A stretch of 64,000 nucleotides of DNA from Chrysomallon squamiferum (lineage: Eukaryota; Animalia; Mollusca): the NCBI GenBank assembly GCA_012295275.1, contig CM022673.1, positions 29,698,001-29,762,000 on the forward strand, written 5' to 3'. Each line of letters starts with the position of its first letter. Position 1 is the first letter of the stretch. This document shows positions 50,101 through 64,000 of this stretch, piece by piece. Both the position numbers and the translations under genes were made by a program. Below the pieces are notes generated by a model, which searched no databases, was not told the DNA's origin, and worked only from the letters and a program-made list of their open reading frames with translations.

Positions 50101-52987
50101 AGATGGAATGATCTATCAATCAGCCATGAGTGACCTTCTGACTGAAAATAACACTGTATGTTTTTCAGTTTATATATTTCATTTCATTAATATTAATTAC
50201 TGTTGTTATATATATCATTGTAATATTTATTGATTCAGAAAGTTGTGATGAAAATTGTTAAACTTCATTATTTCTTGGAAAATATTCTATGCCAAAAAAA
50301 ATAATAATAAAAAAAAAAGTTAAAAAGTTACAAATATATAAATTTCATGTTAAAAAACGTTTTTCGTAATTAGTTTTTTCCCTTACTTTAGCTATTTTTT
50401 CCAGTAATGCTATTTAGTATTAAGTTAACTAATTTTTCTCTTTCCTTTTTTTTTTTTTTTTTTTTTTTTTAATTTTACATTTTTAAATTTTCAATGTATT
50501 TCTGAAGATAAAACCAGAATCTATAAAAACTTGCACCACCATGCTGTTGAACAACACAGAGGCCCCAGTGACCTTCAAACTCAAAGTCAAAGAACCTTTC
50601 TGGATTGTTGACCTTGACCCTAACACAAGCAAGTCAGGTTTAACTCAGACTACTGAAACCAACATGTATACTTTGAAACCCCAATACCATCTACAGGTAT
50701 GTATCCATCTGTCAAAATTATATATTTTACATAACCATTACAATATACAAGTTACAGTATATTTTAGTCAGTGTATTAAACAAAAAATAATAAATTATAA
50801 AAAACCGTTATATATAAAATAATATCTCTTTATAGCTATTATGAATTAAATAATTAAAATTTCAGTCATTACAGTGTAAAAAATCTTTAAAATTATATAA
50901 TAAAGATTATTATATATTTTTGAAATCAAAGTTTCATGAATGTTATTCTGGGTTATATTCCATGTCTTGCTATATTACCCATAGTATCAAGTAAACAAAT
51001 ATATAAATTTTACTCAGTGTTTTATGGCATTATACAAACCATCAAACTAAAATGCATACTGCAGATAAAAAATACAGTATTCACATATTACTGGCTATAA
51101 AGCACAATTTATAAATATTAGAGTATTGCATTAAATAAATTAAATAAAGAGAATAGAACATGTAACATACGTGCATGAAGTAATATGGATTCTGGATTAG
51201 TTATTTTTGGTCAAGATGTATTTCTGTGAAAGTCACACATTTACACATATACATGATGGACATGAAACCATGTCTCGATATGAAAACATTTTATCTTGTA
51301 TCTGCTAATTCATACACAGTTATCAACCATTATCAAATATAATTTCAGGTTAAAGTTGGAATGAAAGTCACGAAGGACCTGCTGGTCAATTTTGACAGCT
51401 ATGACAATGAAACAGACACAAAACTGGAAAAAATGGAATTCCATGAAAATCTTCAGGTTGAGTTCAACAATAATACATCTCAGGTTAGTTTTATAACAAT
51501 GTAAATAAATAAATAAATTTTAATTTAAAAAACAAAAATTGTATAGTATGCAGAGCTGGTCATAACAAAAAGGAAATGCTAAATAAAACAAAGATTCATT
51601 TAGGTCTTGTTCCAGTTATATCCTTGCCCTGGCTGTTCCTACAACTATGTGTTCTTTAATAAGCATAATGAGATTTATCAAACACATTATCACGATACAT
51701 AATAGTTCAGTTTGACGTAAAGTTTATGAATTAAAAGTACATTGTGCTGTTTCGATATAAATCTGGATTATAATAAAACCTGTATACCTTTTATTTGAAA
51801 AGCTTACTTCAGACAAGATTTTATTCTTCTTAGCACAACAGGGGCTAAACAATATGTATTTTTGATTTCTGTCTTTTTTCCCTTCATATCTTATTTTTAA
51901 ATGATTCATTTCTGTATTTCTAGACTGTTCCACTGTATGCTACAGTCGCTGTTCCAGAATTTGAGCTTTCTAAAACTTTACTGGACTTCGGTACATGCTT
52001 GGTTGGTCAAGAAAGAGAGATGCAGTTCTGTATAATAAACAACACCGCATCACACAGCTACTGGACTGCCCACATAGGTTTGTTTTCTAATTGTTCCTTC
52101 TTATTCAAGAAGGTCCAATCTTTTTACATATTTTTAATACATAGTGCTATAAACATAATGAAGAAAACATTTTTTTTCAGTGGGTATTAAACAATTTTAT
52201 GAACAAGAGAAACAAATATTTACTCCTTATTTTAACTTTTCAGTGTAAAACTGAGTTATACAATTTTTCAACAATTTTTTTTTTTTTTTTTTTTGTAAAA
52301 GAACTGTAGAGCAATGATAATTTTTTGTTTTCAGTCAAGATTATAATCTTTATTTTATTATTACTAATATTTTTTTGGGAGATTTAAAAAGCAAACTAAA
52401 CTTTAAAGCTAGTTTGTCTTTGTTTTCAGAATCTAAATCAGAAAGCTGCACTCCTGAGGTGTTTACTCTGACTCCATCAAGTGGTCTACTGGAAGCAAAC
52501 ATCACCCACGTCACCAACAGCAAGCAACTCATAAAAGTACACTTCACAGCAAAGTAAGTCATACTGACGTCTTTTGTAAAACCATCAGGAGAACAGGGAA
52601 AATACATGATTAAAGAAAGTGTTTTGTTCTTCATTTTATAATCATTGTTTGGTTTACTTCAAAAGAATTCATTGATATTGTGGCATGTAAGCATTACTGA
52701 GCACCTTAAATTTATCTTTAATAATTTGTGTTGTTGTTGATGCTGCTCAACTATTGCCAATTTGCATAAGCAAATTTTAATTTCTTATTATTTTTACATT
52801 TACATAATCTAATAAATTTGCACAAATGAACATTAACTTTTTATAATTTCTGTTCCATTTCAGACATGCTGAATTTTATGAAATTGTGTTTTTGTTTTCT
52901 GGTTACTTTGGAGAAACAACAAAAAGACTCATGATTAAAGGAACTGGATCGTATGATGGAAAATACATGGCAGTTATTAATATTTAA
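33404..52987 (+). CDS. DLEC1: DLEC1 / CFAP81 (FAP81) cilia- and flagella-associated protein; 36 coding exons, ~1711 aa
   Basis: Exons: 33404-33622, 34187-34340, 34569-34679, 35335-35507, 35799-36010, 36494-36575, 36922-37009, 37434-37607, 37874-38007, 38284-38467, 38898-39060, 39375-39561, 40005-40245, 40512-40651, 40893-40986, 41500-41630, 41831-41995, 42256-42398, 42979-43132, 43698-43808, 44505-44635, 45107-45280, 45553-45626, 46031-46182, 46689-46795, 47218-47288, 47627-47761, 48549-48760, 49155-49277, 49600-49691, 50077-50155, 50508-50696, 51349-51483, 51924-52077, 52430-52553, 52864-52987; total 5136 nt in frame. Motifs YLRNPR, VFTNYSVGEVYE, GQFPGEHGLVAPGMSC, LVCDNCQVK, FSDMWGEYRD, LDFGTCLVG and GTGSYDG match DLEC1. 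Confidence 0.93.
35029..35152. repeat. (CATA)n/(CA)n microsatellite
   Basis: Long catacatacata tract; explains the MYVC/HTYI ORFs. Confidence 0.9.
37238..37366. repeat. (TG)n microsatellite interrupted by a 61-bp copy of FBXL coding sequence
   Basis: 37280-37340 matches 29351-29411 at 55 of 61 positions, with TG tracts on both sides. Confidence 0.9.
39770..39935 (+). mobile_element. Second degenerate Nin-like SINE copy, in a DLEC1 intron
   Basis: ctaggttctattcc (B-box-like) followed by ttccagccaa and ttccaaccag...tttatcagaagacattgatatgtac...tgcttata. This resembles the reverse complement of 8985-9065. Confidence 0.45.
46159..46508 (+). repeat. Degenerate ~51-bp minisatellite (about 7 units) spanning a DLEC1 exon-intron junction
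   Basis: Core aaaatacacaatgttatta recurs at about 46210, 46261, 46313, 46364, 46425 and 46477. Confidence 0.8.
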
Positions 52988-53866
52988 TTAAAATCAGAAA
53001 TTGAGAAGAATATTTAGTAATTATCTGAATTTGTTCATTTGTTATCTGTGATACTTCTTAATAACTTGTATTAATTTTATGACAAGTTATAATAATATAA
53101 AAAAGACCGCTGTTAAGTAAAATTATGAATTTGTTGCAGCAGTGATAAAAAGAATGGATGTTTTTGGAAAGAAGTGTTATTTTATTTTACATATTGTGGT
53201 ATCTTTAAAATATTTTTATTTTTATAAATATATAATAATATATGAACAGCACAAAAAAGTATTTTAGAAAGATAACTGTTAACATAAATGAATTATTTGC
53301 ATTGTATGTTAACTAAATACAACTTGGATACTGAACAAATATTTAATAAATTTTTAAGACTCGCCTTTGTATGTTTCTTTTTCTATGACTTGTAAAACAC
53401 AGATATATCAACAAAAAAAAATGTATTTTTAATATCTGATTATAAATGTACCTTCACTTCTATCATGCATGCTTATTCTGTTACCCAACAGACACAGGCA
53501 ATAATATAGGGAAAAGAAAATAATAAAAATTATAATTAAATAAGTAACACTATTGTTTCACCATCATTTCACTGACAACGGTCAAGAAAATCTCCTTTTC
53601 TACTGAAATTACTTGTTTTTCCTGGATGAATTTTGTTTACTTTTGCTTGTACTGTTAATATTTTTAATACTTAATTAACATTTATGCATTAAACATTTAA
53701 TTTAGTTGAGATCTCCATGGTCCACTCAAACAAATGTAGCAAGTAATCTTTCATAAGTATCATTCCTTAGAACACTCATCTCACAGTTTGACATACTTGT
53801 TAGCTGAGCATATTTCATGGCCTTTGACAGGTCAACAGCAGAACATTACTGATGCTGGAATTGTTT

Positions 53867-56288
<2,422 letters not shown>

Positions 56289-56489
56289 TCAAAACAAAAA
56301 TTATCTATATGATATAGATAATTATAGTATATCAATATCAAATTTAAATTTTATTGTAATTTTGCTACCATAAGAATATTATTCAATACCCAGCTGCATA
56401 CAAAAGAAGATGAAATCTTCACAATTAAATTTAAACATATTTTATACATGGGAAGTTTGAACCAAATGGAATTACCGCTTTCAATTCTG

Positions 56490-56965
56490 GTAAACTCCAC
56501 GCGAGCGCGCGTGTGTGCACGTGTATGCGTGTAACTGTGCGTATGTGCGTGCGGGCGTGAGAAAAAGATTACTGATGAAATTACTAACAGCTAGCTTACA
56601 TGGATAATCTGATTATTAAGAATATTTTTTTCGGTAAAATGACAACATTAATTTTCAGATTGAAAAAATGTTATTCATGTTTTTGCTACGCTTTCAAGAC
56701 AGCGGATGGGCGCAGACATCTTGTGAAAATAGTATGGTTTAAACAAATCCATAATATGTTTAATTATTATTTGAATATTTAGAATACATTATATTATTTG
56801 AATATTTAAAAATCTGCGCGTTATCGATATTATTAAATTAATTTTACAACAGTGTATATAGATTAGTTCTTACTGATTTAAACTCTTCAAACTAAAATAA
56901 TTAACTATTTATCGTTTAGTCGAATTTCGATACTTGGACGACACACGCTTGCCGCTAAGTGTTTG
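56490..56965. promoter_or_regulatory. Bidirectional METTL5/EFTUD2 promoter region
   Basis: CpG-rich, with DRE palindrome TATCGATA at 56822-56829, E-box CACGTG at 56518-56523 and a YY1-like AAGATGTCTGC on - near 56722. The EFTUD2 UTR donor TTT|GTAAGT is at 56965. Confidence 0.6.
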
Positions 56966-57414
56966 TAAGTTTCGTTTATTTTAATTTGTTTTCAATTATT
57001 CTGTGACATAGTTAATATTTGTTAGTATAGTCGTAAGATTTATATTAAAAGTTTGATGATGAGCAACGCATTACTGCCTGCATTATCCAGTGAAATCGTG
57101 AAAAGCTTAATAAATATATTTTAATTTTTCTGCAATGTATTTCCGTGGCGGTCGGTTTTCGTATTTGAACTATTTTCAATAAACTTTAATGTACTACTTT
57201 ATAATTATTTTGAACTTATGATATTGCTTTGTTAATTCAAGTGCACAAATACTTTGATATTTAAAAACGTTCGGGAAAGTTACCATTTAAAAAAAAAAGT
57301 ATTCATATTTTAAACAGTTTTTAAAATTGAAAATCATTGAAAAAAAATATTGATAATAATTTTTTTCTCCTTTTTCTTTTTCGTTTTTCGCAGCTATAGA
57401 AAAAAGTATTAAAA

Positions 57415-57589
57415 ATGGATACTGATTTGTATGATGAGTTTGGTAATTACATTGGTCCAGAACTTGACAGTGAAGATGAAGAGGAAGAAGATGAAAATGA
57501 CGAAGAAACTGACATGGCAGATAAAGATGTAAATAATAATGTTCTTTTGCTTAATTGCCAATATAATTAAAATAATAATAATAATAATA

Positions 57590-57622
<33 letters not shown>

Positions 57623-60600
57623 AAAAAAAAAAAAAAAAAGCTGTAAATATATAAAGTTAATATATTTACAATTTACAGATATTCAAAGATATATTCATAT
57701 ACATTTAATTTCACAGATAGAACAAACTGAAAGATATGTAATATGTATTATTTTATTTTTATTTTTTACTTTTTTATTAAAAGCAGGTTAATCCAAATCA
57801 AATGGACTTTTTAATTCTGGAGGCATAATTTAATTATTAAGATGAGAATCTGAGAAAATGTTTGTTATCTTATTTTCTCAATGACAATTTAGATGAGTAT
57901 TTGTGTGTGTGTGTGTGTGTAAAGTTTAGTTTCACTGCTATGAGTATGACTATCATTAATTATGCAGCCAATCATTTTTTAAGACTTAGATAAGGGAGCC
58001 TTTCGAATATTGCAGATGAGTATGAACATGATAATAATAATATCAATAAATATTTGATTTCTGCACAATTCATTGAGATTTAATTCTTTACAATTTAGGA
58101 AAATGAGGACATGGACCAGGATGATGTAGATGAACAACCAGAAATGTCAGTTGTCCTCCATGAAGACAAAAAGTATTACCCAACTGCTGAAGAGGTGTAT
58201 GGACCAGATGTTGAGGTATTAAACCTTTTATTTTATGCTCAGTAATGGAATTCAACTAAATTGTTCACATTTATTGTTTAGCACTGCATTTATTCAAGTA
58301 CATATTATGGTACCTTTTGGCATTATATATGAGACAGAGAAAAAAAAAAGAAAAACTAAACATCAATCATAGTTAATGTTTCATTTTGTTTCTTCTTTTT
58401 TTTTTCATTTTCTCTAGACAATTGTTCAAGAAGAAGACACACAACCACTGACAGGTGAGTCTTAAAAAACAAACCAATAATGTTTTATTTATCTGTTTGT
58501 AGTTCTTGTAAAACTAATTGTAAAAGATTTAAAAAAATAAATTAGAGCTTAAACTGGGCTTAAAGAATTTTTGAAATATTTTTCTATTTTAGTAATCATT
58601 TTTGACCAATATCTGAAGACAAGTGTTTATTATTGTTGAACAAAATGTAAAATGTTTGTTTTAAAGCAGAATTTAGATTAAACAGTTAAGAAATTTGTCT
58701 TTTTTATTTATTTATTTTTAATTATATTGAGTTATAATTTTGTTTACAATATTTATGAAAAACATTGAAGTACACAAAAAATTAGTGTTTTGGGTATTTT
58801 TCCTCTGTTTTCAGAACCAATAATAGCTCCTGTGAGAAAGAAAAAGTTTTCGATGGCAGAACAGGAACTTCCAGAAACCACATACAGCATGGAGTGAGTA
58901 CATTTATTAAAACAAATGTTTTGAAATCTGCTGAGATTAAAGTACTGAAATCCTCTAAATTATGTATCAGTTTATCACCTATACTGAAGTTACTGTAAAT
59001 TAAATATTCCCAATATTTTATATGATCAAATACAATATGTTTTGAAACTTTTCCAGTAAACTAGGCCTGAATTAAAAAAAAAAACTGTATTTTTTATTAT
59101 TATTTTTTTAGTTATTATTTGTTTTTAGTTTTCCTTGACAGGTGATGCTTCCTTCACTCCCTATAATTTCAATAATATTGTTTTTACATAAAAACCTTAG
59201 CATTCATAAATAAAATAAGTTCATTGAGGATGATTGTTACCTTTCTTGTTTTTTTCTCACAGACATGTGATAATGATCTAAAAGTATTTAATATTTAATA
59301 AAACATTTCAGTTTCAAATTAAAGTATAGAATTATGTAAATCTGACTATTTTATGTGTGTCACTGTGTGGTATATTTAACATTTTAATTTTAGGTTCCTT
59401 GCTGATTTGATGGACACACCTGAGTTAATTCGAAATGTAGTGCTTTGTGGTCATTTACATCATGGAAAGGTTTGTCATTAAATTTTCAAAAGTATGAATA
59501 TACTGGATAAAAATTCTTTTCTTATTTTCAATGTTTTTAATACTATTTTTCTTATTTTAATAACTTTTGAAAATTCCTTTAATATTTTACATAGTATTGA
59601 TGTGAAATTTTTATTTATATTTTTGTTAAATTTCAGACCACATTTGTAGACTGTTTGATAGAACAGACTCATCCTGATATTCAGAGCCGAGAAGACAAAG
59701 ATGTAAGTTCTCTTTACCCTTTCCCAACACTGACTCAGTTTAATTTGTCTTAGCTGTTTTTCTTTTACCTTTCAGAATTAATTATGTTAATGAACAACAG
59801 GTTTTAGTTTACTTTTGTTAATAATAAAGTATTAAACAAGTAGAAATAGACTGTGGATAATATGAGGAGCCTGTCATTTTACTACAATTCATATCACTTT
59901 AAACACAGCAAAACAAAATTAATTAAAAACATACATATAACTACAAGATAAAGAGAAAAGAATAACTGTTACTGTAAGTAGTGGATTTTATTATTTATTA
60001 TTTCATTAAAACATTAGAGTTGAGTAATGTTAAATATCATTTTCTTAAAAAAACAGTTACAGATTTTTTGGAGTTCATACATCTATACTTTATTTTTATT
60101 TTTTTAGATGAGGTACACTGACACACTTTTTACAGAACAAGAGGTAAGTTTCAGAAATCATTTTACATTAATACAATATTTTTTTATTCTTGCTGAAAAT
60201 GTCTAAGAACTGGGAGCTATTGTTTTTTGGAGGAAGAGGGGTTGTGGGGTTTTAATGTCCAATGTTGATTTTATTTTAGTTTTACATATCGTTTTGTTTC
60301 AAATTAAATTCTCTTCAAATTTGATATCTTCTGATATCTTTTTCTGAGGTTCTTGATGTTATGTTATTGCTTGTTTAAATCTTTATTGTATTATTCATAT
60401 ATATGAGATTTTCATTTGCTTAAAATATAGTGAGTATCCAAATCACTGAACATTGGTAAAACATTTACATTCACTTAATGTCTTTTACTATTTCCAAAAC
60501 AAAAGAAATCACTCAGAAGCTTTCTAGAAAATAGTACTAAATAAATGTGAATTATTTGGAACTGTAACTTGAAATACAGTTAACATATTTTTTGTTTTTT

Positions 60601-60805
60601 TTGTTTTCAGCGAGGTGTCAGCATCAAGGCAACGCCTGTCACCGTCGTCATGCAAGACACAAAAAATAAATCCTATCTGATGAATGTATTTGACACACCT
60701 GGTGAGTAAATGAAAATAATAAACAAGTTTTACACTGACAGATCAATTAAATACATTTTCTTGATATATTTTCTTAATACATGTTGCATGTTGTGTCCAT
60801 AAACA

Positions 60806-60853
<48 letters not shown>

Positions 60854-63655
60854 ATTTTTTTCAATAAAATCAATTTTTAATGCAAATTAAATTGTAATGA
60901 TTATGATTATTTGTATGTTGTCATAGATTTTTTATGCTTTTACCTACAGGAATTTTTTTAAATGTTTAGTTGTTAACGTTAAAACAAATGTGTTAATGTG
61001 ACTACTCTGATAGATTAATATTTGAAAAATCTGAATAAATATCTGAACTAAAACATATTTAATTTATGTTGTTATTTAGGTCATGTCAATTTCTCTGATG
61101 AGGCTACAGCTGCTATGAGATTGTGTGATGGAGCCTGTATATTTGTTGATGCAGCTGAAGGGGTAATTATCAAATATGACTGTCCATATAATTATTTACA
61201 AAAATGTTTTTTTTTTTTTGTTATCTTGTTTGGAAATAAATTGAACAGCCAAAATTTTATAAATAACTGCAATCACACACCTTTCAAAAAGCATACTAAC
61301 CAAAACATTTTAAAAATAGAAATTAAATTAAATCTATAATTACTTTTTCTTTTATTTTTAAATTATCTTTTTTCTTTTATTTCTTTCTTTCATTCATTTT
61401 TCATTTTTTATTTTTATTTATAATTCTTAGGTTATGCTGAACACAGAACGTTTAATTAAACATGCCCTCCAGGAAAGACTGGCAGTGACGATCTGTATCA
61501 ACAAGATTGACAGACTGATTCTTGAACTCAAACTACCTCCAACAGATGCATACTACAAACTGAGACACATCCTTGATGAAGTGAACAACATTATAAGGTT
61601 AGCAGCTGAATATACTTAAGAAAATACTGACAAAAAAATGAAAACATAGTACTGTGGAAATATAGTACTCAAACATTTTTTGTTCTAATGTTCCTTAAAG
61701 TTATTGAATGGAAATAATATCCTTCATTTTTAAATTCACGTGTGTTCATTTTTATTAATTTTTAAATATATTTAATTTTTTACAGCATCTACTCTGAAGA
61801 TGAAGAAAACAATTTTGTGTCTCCACTTTTGGGCAATGTGTGTTTTGCTAGTTCGTACTACAGGTTCTGTTTCACTCTTCGATCATTCACTCAGATTTAC
61901 TCAGACACTTACGGTAAGTTTTCTTTATTAAAACTTCATATTATTTATGCTTCTGCTATGCAAGAAAACTATTATTTTTATTTATTTTTTGTAACCAGTA
62001 TCCATTTATTATCAGTTTGATGTGTCAGTTGACATGAGGAATCAGTAATCACTTAATATACATTTGGATATTATTCTCCATTTAATATTAATTGTAGTTT
62101 ATATTATATTACATACTGTGAAATAAACCTTTTACATGTAAATAAAATATGTACTCTGTTTCTTTTTGCAAAATAACTTTAGCAGGAAATATGTAGCCAG
62201 TATATGAAAATTATATGCATTTTTATTTAATTGTTTATAAAATTCTTATAATTACTTACTGTATAGGTGGGATAAATGAAAAAGAATTTGCCAGACGACT
62301 ATGGGGAGACATTTACTTCAACAACAAAACGTAAGTGGTGTTACTATTAAATATAATGTTGTTTATCACATAAAGAAATTGATCCCAAGATAAATTATTT
62401 TATGCATTAAAACTTTTTTGGAGTTAATTATACAAATTAAATACATAATAATCAAATTTCATTTAACTTTGGAGTATTTATTATTTTATATATATTTTTT
62501 TTTATGGTTTAGATTTAATTATACTTCTTTTATGTGTCTATTTTTGACCACAAAACAAAATTGTTCACGAACATGATTTTTTAAAATTTTTATATGTTTG
62601 TGTAATCATTTACAAATTAGCTAGAGAATACATATTTAACATTTAAATGATTAAAAAGTAATTTTCTCTCTGCAGTTGTAGAATGTTTTGTTCTAAGTTT
62701 ATGCATTGCCTTTGAATCATTTGTAAAATATTTGTTTCTTAGGAGAAAATTCACAAAGAAACCTCCACACAGTACATCACAGAGAAGTTTTGTTGAGTTC
62801 ATCCTTGAACCACTCTACAAGATCTTTGCTCAGGTGTGTTTTATTCTGAAATTTCGTATCACCTTTATTTCAGGGAACGGAATAATTTGTAAGAAGAACA
62901 TGATACACTGAAGCCATTTATGATAAATCTACTTGTAAAATTTAAAAAAAAAATACTCTTACTCTTTCTGATCATTTTACTCTCTCACTGACACATCTCT
63001 GCTTTCAACGTTTCTCACACTCAGTTTAACACCAGTGTTTCATTAAGATATTAATGGAGGCCAATGAAACTTTAAATTTTTTTTTTTTATCTATGTTTTA
63101 TTATCATTTTAAGAATCATTTTTAGTAAATAGTGTCATATAATGTTCAGATTGTTGGAGATGTTGATGAGTGTTTGCCTCGCGTCTGTGATGAGCTGGGA
63201 ATCCACCTCACAAAAGAAGAACAGAAGTTGAACATCAGACCACTGATGAGACTGATTGGAAGAAGATTCTTTGGTGATTTTACAGGTAAACAAGTTGTTT
63301 ATTTTGGTTATTCTTTTATTCAGGGGAGAGGGTTAGGCCATTAGAAATCAGATTACTTCTTTTTCTCATTTTCAAATAAAAAAACTCCTTTCTTTTTCTT
63401 CTGACTGAATACTAATTTTAACTTTGATAAATATTGGTTTCTTTTTTCTTTTTTTTCTTTTATTAAAATTACCTATATAGATAATCAAATTTAATAGTAT
63501 GTTGATTTCATTTTTCTCTCTTTTCAGGTTTTGTTGATATGTGTGTAGAAAACATACCATCACCAGTGAAGAATGCTAAAACAAAGATAGAACATATCTA
63601 TACTGGACCTGCAGATTCTGAACTGGCTGAAGAAATGTCTCTTTGTGATTCTGAT
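57415..63655 (+). CDS. EFTUD2: 116 kDa U5 snRNP component (Snu114), 5' partial; 15 coding exons in the window
   Basis: Exons 57415-57528, 58099-58215, 58418-58454, 58815-58893, 59394-59469, 59637-59702, 60108-60143, 60611-60701, 61080-61162, 61431-61597, 61786-61913, 62267-62330, 62743-62833, 63150-63285, 63528-63655. Translation has [36 protein letters not shown]-loop [19 protein letters not shown] and [14 protein letters not shown]. The gene continues beyond the window. Confidence 0.97.
57571..57621. repeat. (AAT)n/(ATT)n back-to-back microsatellite palindrome
   Basis: aataataataataataataa|ttattattattattattatt, centred at 57590/57591. Confidence 0.85.
60807..60852. repeat. (TTA)n microsatellite
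   Basis: Pure attatt tract. Confidence 0.9.
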
Positions 63656-64000
63656 GTGAGTTATGTATATATTGTTTTTCTTTTTTCTTTGTTATTGTTG
63701 TTAATTATATCACCGAATGTCCAGAACAGATGCCTCTATTAGATAAGCTTGCCATTATCCAACATCAGTAACAAATTTTATGAACATTTTTATCTAGGCA
63801 TAAATCAGCAATTGGAATTGTAATACACAGCATAAAATTTGTTTTTTAAATTCAAGGATAATTTTTTTTAAATTGTATTGATGGAAAATGTTTTTACATA
63901 AAATATTAATTTGAACAGTGCTATTATTTTCATCTTTGGCATTTTATCAATTAAAAGTGTGTGCATTATACTAATTAATTAGATATACAGTGTGAAGTCA

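Overview
AT-rich, intron-dense animal genomic DNA, most likely a mollusc. That inference rests on degenerate Nin-domain-like tRNA SINEs and invertebrate-type protein sequences. I assembled seven protein-coding genes by hand from GT-AG exons with consistent phases. SHOC2 (-, 17 coding exons, ~617 aa), RPL32 (-, 134 aa, with a 5' TOP exon; absent from the ORF track), BET1L (-, 110 aa; also absent from the ORF track), an F-box/LRR gene with an intronless 689-aa CDS (-), DLEC1/CFAP81 (+, 36 coding exons, ~1711 aa), METTL5 (-, 213 aa) and the 5' part of EFTUD2 (+, runs off the window). FBXL/DLEC1 and METTL5/EFTUD2 are head-to-head pairs. Most short ORFs in the track are noise or single exons. The oddest signal is a 61-bp, 90%-identical copy of FBXL coding sequence, bracketed by TG microsatellites, inside a DLEC1 intron; it is antisense to the mRNA of the gene that shares DLEC1's promoter. 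Other signals are a minisatellite grown from a splice donor, an RRxS repeat insert in DLEC1, a promoter motif shared by three genes, a uORF-rich SHOC2 leader and two MITE-like elements. I found no tRNA, rRNA, CRISPR array or autonomous transposon.
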